DNA of 64,000 nucleotides from Desulfobacterales bacterium (lineage in GTDB: Bacteria; Desulfobacterota; Desulfobacteria; Desulfobacterales; Desulfosalsimonadaceae), in assembly GCA_018399235.1 (NCBI GenBank), contig JAGYOX010000001.1:646-64645 (forward strand). The letters run 5' to 3'. Numbering within the stretch: the first letter of the stretch is position 1; every line of letters begins with the position of its first letter. The notes under the pieces are model-generated. The model was given only the letters and a program-made list of their open reading frames with translations. It made no database searches and was not told the DNA's origin. Shown here piece after piece: positions 8,689 to 16,263 of this stretch. A program made the translations under genes and the position numbers.

Positions 8689-9291
8689 ATGGAGGGTGAG
8701 CCAAGGACGCGCGAGGCTCTGGTTCAGGCGGCGGTTAACATATTTCAGCAAAAAGGGTTTCAGATGACCCGGGTTTCGGATATTGTTGCGGCCGCCGGAG
8801 TGTCTCAGGGCACGTTTTATAATTATTTCCGGTCCAAGGAAATCATTTTCCGCGAGATATGCAACGATTTCATGGAGCAGGTCCGGGAACGCTTTGTTGA
8901 ACGGACCGAGCACATGTTTGACGGCGAAACCTCTGATGAGGTCAGAACAAACCTGCATACCGTTATTCGGGATGTCTTTGCCATCTATCAGGAAAATCTG
9001 GCGGTGGCTGAACTGCTTTTCCGTGAGGGAATCGGAAACGGAGGGCTCTTTAAAGAGATCTATGAGGGTATTCTGAATCTGTTTTTGGAGCTGATTCGGG
9101 AGCAGGTTGAAAAAGGGATTGAAAAAGGATTTCTTGACATTGATGATCCGGAGATGGCTTCTGTATTTCTGTTCGGCCTGTTTGAACGGGCGTTATTCTA
9201 TTATTTGTTGGTCCGGAAGGAGATGGACTCGGATAAATTGGAAAACGGACTGGCGGATTTTATATTAAAGGGCCTTTCCTTTAAAGAATGA
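8689..9291 (+). CDS. TetR/AcrR-family transcriptional regulator
   Basis: 200 aa. N-terminal HTH FQMTRVSDIVAAAGVSQGTFYNYFRSKE typical of TetR_N, with an all-helical C-terminal ligand domain. Confidence 0.85.
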   Translation: MEGEPRTREALVQAAVNIFQQKGFQMTRVSDIVAAAGVSQGTFYNYFRSKEIIFREICNDFMEQVRERFVERTEHMFDGETSDEVRTNLHTVIRDVFAIYQENLAVAELLFREGIGNGGLFKEIYEGILNLFLELIREQVEKGIEKGFLDIDDPEMASVFLFGLFERALFYYLLVRKEMDSDKLENGLADFILKGLSFKE

Positions 9292-9296
9292 CGGCC

Positions 9297-9911
9297 TTAT
9301 CCCTTCATCGCCGCTTCGCATATATCCCGAACCGTTGGAATCGAAAACCCTCGTCGTTTCAGAAAGCTATAGATTTTCCGGCGGCATTCCATTTCCTGCA
9401 AATCTTGCCAGTTTTCCAGTTTTGGGGCAATTGCGGCCCATGCGGCGGCATGCTCATCATAGTTGGTTAATGCGTCTTCAATAATATCTTCGCTGATTCC
9501 TTTTTGTTTTAATTCATAGGTTAGGCCGAATATGCCGCGGGGACGATGCCTGAGGCGGTTTTCAACCCAGAGACGGGCGAATTCGGTGTCGTTTATATAT
9601 TCATAGGATTCAAGCCGTTGAATGGCATTTTCAACCGCTTCCGGTGAAAATCCTTTATTATTCAAGTATTGATCGATTTCCTGGCGGCTGCGCGGCCTGA
9701 TGGCAAGATAGGAAACCGCCCGTTGAAAGGCTTTGTCTTTCTCGTTCAGGTATTTTAGCTCATCTATTCGGGACTGGGAGATGGAATCGCCTTTTTTAAG
9801 GCTGCCAGCCTCCCAGAGGGGAAGGGAAAAGCTATATCCCCCATTGATATAAACATTGACCCGGTCTTTTCGGTTTTTCTGAAGCTCAATCGCGGTAATG
9901 ATATTATTCAT
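9297..9911 (-). CDS. recX: RecX-family regulatory protein
   Basis: 204 aa. Threefold helical repeat pattern with RPRSRQEIDQYL...GFSPEAVENAIQRLESYEYINDTEFARLWVE...GIFGLTYELKQKGISEDIIEDAL, typical of RecX. Starts 5 nt after the stop of the upstream dynamin-like gene. Confidence 0.75.
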   Translation of the reverse strand: MNNIITAIELQKNRKDRVNVYINGGYSFSLPLWEAGSLKKGDSISQSRIDELKYLNEKDKAFQRAVSYLAIRPRSRQEIDQYLNNKGFSPEAVENAIQRLESYEYINDTEFARLWVENRLRHRPRGIFGLTYELKQKGISEDIIEDALTNYDEHAAAWAAIAPKLENWQDLQEMECRRKIYSFLKRRGFSIPTVRDICEAAMKG

Positions 9912-9916
9912 AGTTA

Positions 9917-11428
9917 CTAGAACTTTGTCGATTCTGTGATTGCGTAAGGATCTTCAAACGTGTCCGGTTCAGGCGGCTCTTCTTCAGTATGGTAGTAATA
10001 GAGGGGTTTGGATGAATCCTCGATAACCGATTCCCGATCATACTCGATATTGGCCAGTTCGTTCAATGCTTTCCTTATTTCCCGGGTGCCTTCTTCATAG
10101 ACCCGGTTGACTTTTATGTATTCCTCTTTAACCTTATATAAGGGAAACCGGCCGTTGGACTTTTGAAGATACGCATAGACAAGGTCCCGCACAGCCTGCC
10201 AGCTGTCTCGCCGGGTCTGCGTATCAAGAGAAATCAACTGATCGATATTTTTCAAGTAGTTTCGGTGAAACGCCGAATGAATATAGCGCATGGGCATTAT
10301 CATCCAGAAAATCAGGAACAGGATCACAACACCGACACCGCCGGTTAATGCCACCGGATCGATTAACCCTCCGAATATTCCGGCACTCAATCCGCCAAAA
10401 ACCGCCGCCCCTCCTGCCAGGATACCGATGAGAAATCCTAACAGACCGAATTTGAGACGGAATCTGCGGAGCCGGGTTCGGTAGCTTAAAAGGGCTTCGA
10501 GAAAATGGTTCAGGCGTTCCGCATGGGTTTCAACAAATGTCGCCATATTGTCCAGCCGATGCCTGGGCGCCTGCAGGACAGCGGTTTTTAGCTGTTTGCG
10601 CTGGTTTTCCAATAGATATAAAAAGTTATAACTTTCATCGGTCTGATAACCACGATTCTGAGCGGCCCTTGAGGAATAGGTGAGATGGATCGGCGGAATA
10701 TCTTTTCGGCCGGTAATCTGTGAGAGGTTCCAGCAAAGGGTGCCATAGACCTGAAGCAGATCGTTCAAGGAGGCGCATTCGTCAATCCGGTTCAATATAT
10801 ACAGAACCCGGTCTTCATAGGTTCGTCTGGCAATGGTTTCCCTGAGGCTGGTATGCGCCTCCCTGACCGTTCCAGCTTTATGGGGGTCGAAAAGGACCAG
10901 AACCAGGTCAGCCAGATGGGCCAGGTCACCGATAATTTCCTGGTAGTTATACCCCCGGTCCCGTTCCGTGACACTGTCAAGCATGCCGGGCGTATCGATT
11001 AGGGCCAGGTTTTTTAAAAACGGGGAGTTGACTTTTTTCAGTCGGAAATGGGCCGCAAATCGCTGCCCATGTTTTTTAAGGATCTCAAAAGGATATTCCG
11101 GGTCATTGAGTAGAAATTTTCCGTCGCGCTGCTCCGTGGTCCGTATGTCTTCCGTATCAGGAACCGTCCCGTCGTATGTGATAATCGTAAACGAGTCATC
11201 CGTGGGGGCCTGGCCGATTGCCTGAATATCAGCCCCCAGAAATTCATTGATCAACGTGGATTTGCCGGATGAATAGTTGCCAAGTACCAGCACCATGGGC
11301 CGCCATTTGATCGTTGTTTCCAGAGGGACGTCACTGTATCCGTATTCCTGGGCGATCCTTGACAACTGGGTCTCCACCATGGAAACCATTTCAGCGCGCA
11401 GCGAATTGATATAGTTTTCCTGATACAT
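9917..11428 (-). CDS. Membrane-anchored dynamin/EHD-like GTPase
   Basis: 503 aa. G1 VLVLGNYSSGKSTLINEFLG, G3 LIDTPGM, G4-like LNRID. A Gly-rich hydrophobic hairpin (FGLLGFLIGILAGGAAVFGG...VVILFLIFWMIMPM) lies at about residue 325-380. GAGGAG RBS; starts 20 nt after the cheB stop. Confidence 0.75.
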   Translation of the reverse strand: MYQENYINSLRAEMVSMVETQLSRIAQEYGYSDVPLETTIKWRPMVLVLGNYSSGKSTLINEFLGADIQAIGQAPTDDSFTIITYDGTVPDTEDIRTTEQRDGKFLLNDPEYPFEILKKHGQRFAAHFRLKKVNSPFLKNLALIDTPGMLDSVTERDRGYNYQEIIGDLAHLADLVLVLFDPHKAGTVREAHTSLRETIARRTYEDRVLYILNRIDECASLNDLLQVYGTLCWNLSQITGRKDIPPIHLTYSSRAAQNRGYQTDESYNFLYLLENQRKQLKTAVLQAPRHRLDNMATFVETHAERLNHFLEALLSYRTRLRRFRLKFGLLGFLIGILAGGAAVFGGLSAGIFGGLIDPVALTGGVGVVILFLIFWMIMPMRYIHSAFHRNYLKNIDQLISLDTQTRRDSWQAVRDLVYAYLQKSNGRFPLYKVKEEYIKVNRVYEEGTREIRKALNELANIEYDRESVIEDSSKPLYYYHTEEEPPEPDTFEDPYAITESTKF

Positions 11429-11448
11429 CCGTTATCTCCTCTTTGTGT

Positions 11449-12519
11449 TCAAGCTTTTGGCCTCGCCTTTTTACGCATGCGGGATACCATGCCCATCAAC
11501 AGATCGGCGATTTCTGCCGGTGAAAGTATGTAATTGGCGGCATCAAGCTTGATCGCGGATTCCGGCATGCCAAAGACTATTGAGGTTTCCCGGTTCTGCA
11601 CCATGGTCTGCGCCCCGCATCGCTTCATCTCCTTTAAACCCGAGGCCCCGTCATTTCCCATGCCGGTGAGCAGTATGCCTGCGGCTCGGGTGCCATAACA
11701 CTTAGCCACAGACATAAACAAATGGGAGGCCGGCCGTTTCAGTTGCCCTTGGCTGCCGAATTTTGTGATAAGAACTTTTCCATCCTTAGAAATAGCCATA
11801 TTGCTTTCCTCAGGGGCAAAATATACATGGCCGGGAAGCAGTGCGTCTCCAGTTTTAGCAATCTTGAGATTAAGTCGGGTTTCACCGCTGAGCCATTTCA
11901 ACATGCCCGGCAGAAAGCCGGTGGTAATATGCTGAACCACAACAATTGGCACCGGGAAATCTGACGGCAGCTCCCTGAAAATCTCTTGAAGCACCGGCGG
12001 GCCTCCGGTTGAGGCCCCTATGGCGATGACATCAATGTTAGTCAGATTTTTTGTTTTAAGGATTTGAGACGAAGGTCCTGCGGGTTGTTTTCTCGGCTTT
12101 GGGGGAACCCGCCGCACCACCTTGACCTCTGCCATCAGTTTAATCATGCGAAGGAGTTTCTCCATAAACGGTTTGGTTTCAGGATTACCAAGTCCCGGCG
12201 GCTTTTGGGCCACGGCGACTGCTCCGGCCTGCATGGCTTTAAAAATATTTTGGGTCTGTTCAGGGGCAACCAGGGAGCTGTAAATGATGATAGGTAACGG
12301 TCGGGTTTCCATGATCATTCGAGTTGCTTTGTACCCATCCATACCGGGCATGTGGATATCCATAATTACTACATCCGGTATGGCGGATTCAACCAGCTTA
12401 ATCGCCTCGTTACCGTTTTGGGCGGCTCCGACCAGCCGCAGATCCGGATCCTGGTCGATGATATACTTAATGTATTCTCTTGCCGTTAAAGAGTCATCAA
12501 CAATAAGGACATTGATCAT
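11449..12519 (-). CDS. cheB: Chemotaxis response regulator protein-glutamate methylesterase CheB
   Basis: N-terminal receiver (VLIVDDS...DIHMPGMDG) plus a C-terminal methylesterase domain with AIGASTGGP and VVQHI motifs. Confidence 0.9.
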   Translation of the reverse strand: MINVLIVDDSLTAREYIKYIIDQDPDLRLVGAAQNGNEAIKLVESAIPDVVIMDIHMPGMDGYKATRMIMETRPLPIIIYSSLVAPEQTQNIFKAMQAGAVAVAQKPPGLGNPETKPFMEKLLRMIKLMAEVKVVRRVPPKPRKQPAGPSSQILKTKNLTNIDVIAIGASTGGPPVLQEIFRELPSDFPVPIVVVQHITTGFLPGMLKWLSGETRLNLKIAKTGDALLPGHVYFAPEESNMAISKDGKVLITKFGSQGQLKRPASHLFMSVAKCYGTRAAGILLTGMGNDGASGLKEMKRCGAQTMVQNRETSIVFGMPESAIKLDAANYILSPAEIADLLMGMVSRMRKKARPKA

Positions 12520-13451
12520 AAGGACGTTCCGATGGTCAGGTTGCGACCATTTTGCTTGGCCTGGTAGAGGCTTTGGTCGGCCGCATTGATCAAATCCTCG
12601 GCGGTTAAACCCTTTGAAGGAGTTTTATCACAAACGGCTGCAATGCCAAAGCTGGAGGTGATTTGGATCGTACCCTTGTCTGTTTTGGTCTCCAGTTTTT
12701 CGATCAGTCCTCGAAAACGCTCAGCCGCTGCCTTGGCGCCATCCAAACCCGTCTCCGGCAGGACAAGGATAAACTCCTCACCCCCGTAACGGGCAATCCA
12801 GTCCAAGTCCTTGCGTAACGCGCGGCTTAGGCAGTTCGCAAACGATTTTAAAACCATATCGCCGGTTTGATGCCCATACTGATCGTTGACGGTTTTGAAG
12901 TGATCGATATCGCTGATCACAATCGAGAGGGGGGAGGCGTAACGCTGGGCCCGTTTGAACGCCTTGGGCAGGTTTTCATTTAAATATCCCCGGTTAAAGA
13001 CCCGCGTCAAGGGGTCTGTGATGGATAAAAGGGCGATTTCCTTGTTTCGCTGCTTCAGGGAGGATTCCAGCGAAATGATGCGCTCCGCGGTTGTCAACCG
13101 GGCGATCAGTTCGGCATTATCCACCGGCTTGGTCAGGTAATCATCCGCGCCTGCCTCCAACCCCTCGATAATATCATTTTTGGAGTTTTTGGCTGTCAAC
13201 AGGATAATATATACATACCCGCCGAACTCATGCTTTCTGATGGCGTGGCATAATTCCGAGCCGTCCATTTCTGGCATCATCCAGTCGGTAATGACAATGG
13301 AAATCGGTCGATTCAATAACATCGTCATGGCTTCCAGCCCGTTTTTGGCCATGGCCACCTGATAACCGTGATTTTCCAGCATCAGCTTGAACTTCAGGGC
13401 CTGTGTCTGGCTGTCTTCAACCAGCAGGATTTCAAGCGGTTTTTTTAGCAT
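12516..13451 (-). CDS. Response regulator with GGDEF output (diguanylate cyclase, WspR-like architecture)
   Basis: 311 aa. REC (ILLVEDS...TDWMMPEMDG), a coiled linker and a GGDEF domain with RYGGEEF. 4-nt overlap with the cheB start. Confidence 0.85.
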   Translation of the reverse strand: MLKKPLEILLVEDSQTQALKFKLMLENHGYQVAMAKNGLEAMTMLLNRPISIVITDWMMPEMDGSELCHAIRKHEFGGYVYIILLTAKNSKNDIIEGLEAGADDYLTKPVDNAELIARLTTAERIISLESSLKQRNKEIALLSITDPLTRVFNRGYLNENLPKAFKRAQRYASPLSIVISDIDHFKTVNDQYGHQTGDMVLKSFANCLSRALRKDLDWIARYGGEEFILVLPETGLDGAKAAAERFRGLIEKLETKTDKGTIQITSSFGIAAVCDKTPSKGLTAEDLINAADQSLYQAKQNGRNLTIGTSL

Positions 13452-13532
13452 GAAGGAATACTTTCTAAAAAACTTAATAATATATATTTATTCCATAAGG
13501 TTAAAAAGCTAACTTTCCGAGGACCTTTTTTT

Positions 13533-13603
13533 TGTCATTCCGAGGAACGAAAGTGACGAGGAATCTTGTTTATAAAGATTTCTCGCTAACGCTCGAAATG
13601 ACA
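13533..13603. repeat. Module B inverted-repeat element (opposite orientation)
   Basis: tgtcattccgaggaacgaaagtgacgaggaatcttgtttataaagatttctcgctaacgctcgaaatgaca is the reverse complement of the 8482-8553 type with a few substitutions. Confidence 0.85.
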
Positions 13604-13626
13604 AGTGCCTGACACTAATGATTCAG

Positions 13627-13822
13627 TACCCTAAATAAACCTTAAACCTTACACCCAACACCCTAAACCCTAAACCCTAAACCCTAAACCCTAAACCCTA
13701 AACCCTACACCTTACACCCTAAACCTTACACCTTACACCCTAAACCTAAACCCTAAACCCTAAACCTTACACCTTACACCTTACACCCTAAACCTTACAC
13801 CCTAAACCCAATACCTAAAACC
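13627..13822. repeat. Heptamer tandem array, about 28 units, including six consecutive perfect CCCTAAA units
   Basis: ccctaaaccctaaaccctaaaccctaaaccctaaaccctaaa at about 13661-13703, flanked by CCTTACA/CCCTAAA variants. Lies between the cheA stop (13826) and the REC-GGDEF start (13451). Confidence 0.9.
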
Positions 13823-13825
13823 CAT

Positions 13826-16081
13826 TCATATAAGCCGGTCAAGGACTTCAAGAAGATTGCTTTGGTCGAAACTGCTTTTGACGATGTAGGCGTCAGCTCC
13901 GGCTTCTAATCCCCGTTCGCGATTTTTTGCCGAATCTAGGGTAGTTACCAGAATTATTGGCAGCGCGGCAAGAGATTTATCCGCCCGAATGCCGGCAGTG
14001 AGCTCGAACCCATCCATTCGAGGCATTTCAACATCAGATATCACCGCATCAAAACCCTCGGATTTAAGCCGGGATAAACCGTCTGTCCCGTCAATCGCTG
14101 TTTTTACTTGATATCCCGAGGCTTCGAGAATGTTTTTCAAAAGCGTTCGGGAGGTGAATGAATCTTCAACAATCAAAACGGATTTTGGCCTTTCGGCATG
14201 CTCGGAATCGTCCGTAGCCGGCTGGTCGATCGATAAGGATTGACCGGAGGCAGTTTCTATAACTTCCTTGACATTCAGTATCGGCACCACCTGCCCCGTA
14301 ACAAGGATCGTGGCGCCTGCAATATGCCGTACCTTTTTTAGCTGTTTACCCAAAGGCTTGACCAGAACTTCCTGCTCGTTGATGACCGCATCAACGCAGA
14401 AGGCGATCTGCGTTGCCCCGTTCTCCATAATGACTGCCGGTATTGCTTTTTTTTCAAAACGCTTGTTTCTGAGTTTTGATTTTGGCAGGCCCAGAACATC
14501 TGTCAGATAAACCAGGGGCAGGGGGCGGCCGTTAAATGAGATAATCGTCTGGTTTTCTGCGGTTTTGATGGTTTCCGGCCGGATTTTCAGGCTGTGGCGC
14601 ACTTGCGCGGTCGGCAGAATGAACAAAAGCCCGGAAATTTTAATCAATACACCCCGAAATGTGGCCAGGGTCACCGGCAGTTTGATGGTAAAAACCGTGC
14701 CCCGACCGGGTTCGGAGTATATGCGCATCCGGCCGCCAAGATGATCCAGCGAGTCCTTTATGATTGACATGCCCAAGCCCCGCCCGGAAATTTCAGTGAT
14801 CATGGCGCTGCTCGATATGCCTGAATTAAAAATCAGGTTTAATGCGTCTTCCCCTGATAGAGCCGCCGCATCGTCAGCAGAAATCATTCCTTTTTTGACT
14901 GCATCGGCTTTAATGGCTTCAATATTTATTCCTTCTCCATCGTCGGCAACCTCAAGGTTTACTTGGTTGCTTTCCGGCTGGGAAACCGTGACCCGGATGG
15001 TACCCATGGCCGGTTTTCCCTGAGACCTTCGAATTTCAGGGGATTCAATGCCGTGGTCGACGGCATTTCTCAACAGGTGCGTGAGGGGATCTTTCATGCC
15101 CTCAAGAATGCGTTTGTCGATTTCAACGGTTTCGCCGGCAGTTTTCAGATCAACGGATTTTCCCCGGTCTTTGGCGATTTCCCGTACCATACGGGGAAAA
15201 ACGGTGAAAAGGGTTGAAAACGGCATTAGCGAGGTTTTTTTGGTTTCATCCAGCAGATCATCAATCAACCCGCTGAAGTTTCGATTGCTTTTTTCAAGGG
15301 TCGCTGCGGTTTGCTTCATCTGCTGGTCGGCGTCATGGATAAAATCCTGGGTGTCCTCAATGAACTCGATCGTTCGATCAATTGCCAATTCAGGATCTTG
15401 TAGGTTTTGATGCCTGCGGAAGTCCTTCTGAAAGTGTTCCCATTTTTGTTTCCAGTCCTGAAAAGAATTATTCAGGTGCTGTATTCGGTTTAAGTGCTGA
15501 GAGGCCGATTGTTTAACCGGAATCAGCTCCTCTGTTTTTAAGAGCAGGGCGTCCAGCTTATCGGTCGGAATCCGGACGGATGAGGCAAATAGCGGCTTGG
15601 TGGTCTGTTTTTGCGTATCCAGATGTTTTTCCGGGACTTTATCGGATGCATCCTCAGTGGGCTTTTCTTCGGGGCGGGTGCGTGACGTAACATCCGTTAA
15701 AGATTGAACCATGTCTTTGATATCCCGCGAGATCTCTTCAGCGTCCGCCTCCGGTGCGACGGATTTTTCAATGAGCTGGGTGGCGGCATAGAGCGCATCA
15801 AAAAGATCGACGGAAAAGGCGAGGGTCTGATCTTTAATTGAGGCAAAGATGCTCTCCATTTCCTGGCAGAGCGATTCGATTACCGGAAGGTTGACCGAGC
15901 GGGCGGCGCCCTTTAAGCTATGGGCTTCCCTGAAGACGGACTCTAAAATCTCTTCCGGCAGTTCGCCTTCGTCCATATCTTTTTCAAGACTGGACAATCC
16001 GGAATAGAGTGCCTCGATGCGTTCCCGGGTCTCATCTTGAAATGCTGCGAGCAGCTGTTTCTGTATTTCGTTTTCGTCCAT
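13826..16081 (-). CDS. cheA: Hybrid chemotaxis histidine kinase CheA with C-terminal receiver (WspE/FrzE-like)
   Basis: 751 aa. Hpt with FREAHSLKGAAR, a dimerisation and HATPase_c core (GRGLGMS, G-x-G boxes), a CheW-like domain and a C-terminal REC (VLIVEDS...SDVEMPRMDG). Confidence 0.9.
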   Translation of the reverse strand: MDENEIQKQLLAAFQDETRERIEALYSGLSSLEKDMDEGELPEEILESVFREAHSLKGAARSVNLPVIESLCQEMESIFASIKDQTLAFSVDLFDALYAATQLIEKSVAPEADAEEISRDIKDMVQSLTDVTSRTRPEEKPTEDASDKVPEKHLDTQKQTTKPLFASSVRIPTDKLDALLLKTEELIPVKQSASQHLNRIQHLNNSFQDWKQKWEHFQKDFRRHQNLQDPELAIDRTIEFIEDTQDFIHDADQQMKQTAATLEKSNRNFSGLIDDLLDETKKTSLMPFSTLFTVFPRMVREIAKDRGKSVDLKTAGETVEIDKRILEGMKDPLTHLLRNAVDHGIESPEIRRSQGKPAMGTIRVTVSQPESNQVNLEVADDGEGINIEAIKADAVKKGMISADDAAALSGEDALNLIFNSGISSSAMITEISGRGLGMSIIKDSLDHLGGRMRIYSEPGRGTVFTIKLPVTLATFRGVLIKISGLLFILPTAQVRHSLKIRPETIKTAENQTIISFNGRPLPLVYLTDVLGLPKSKLRNKRFEKKAIPAVIMENGATQIAFCVDAVINEQEVLVKPLGKQLKKVRHIAGATILVTGQVVPILNVKEVIETASGQSLSIDQPATDDSEHAERPKSVLIVEDSFTSRTLLKNILEASGYQVKTAIDGTDGLSRLKSEGFDAVISDVEMPRMDGFELTAGIRADKSLAALPIILVTTLDSAKNRERGLEAGADAYIVKSSFDQSNLLEVLDRLI

Positions 16082-16090
16082 GTGGAAAAA

Positions 16091-16186
16091 GGTTTAGGGT
16101 ATAAGGTTTAAGGTAAAAGGTCCAAGGTAAAAGGTTTAAGGTATAAGGTTCAAGGTAAAAGGTTTAAGGTTTAGGGTATAAGGTTT
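16091..16186. repeat. Heptamer array, G-rich on plus strand (GGTTTAR/GGTAAAA/GGTATAA units)
   Basis: ggtttagggtataaggtttaaggtaaaaggtccaaggtaaaaggtttaaggtataaggttcaaggtaaaaggtttaaggtttagggtataagg. Lies between the MCP stop and the cheA start. Confidence 0.9.
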
Positions 16187-16263
16187 TTAGCTATTCAACG
16201 AAATTTGTATGGCCAATGTAGCGGAAGGCTTTAGCCTTCCAGAAGATCCCGGCTGCGGTCGCA

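Noticed and set aside
13661-13703. (CCCTAAA)6 considered as a true telomere or plant DNA contamination
   Set aside because: The array is only about 42 nt of perfect repeat, is embedded between two intact bacterial che genes, and related degenerate arrays occur at many internal intergenic sites in both orientations.
13627-13822. Heptamer arrays considered as CRISPR arrays
   Set aside because: The unit length is 7 nt with no unique spacers, the arrays are degenerate, and no cas genes or leader are present. This also applies to 16091-16186, 20849-20981, 21277-21378, 24791-24872 and 58332-58373.
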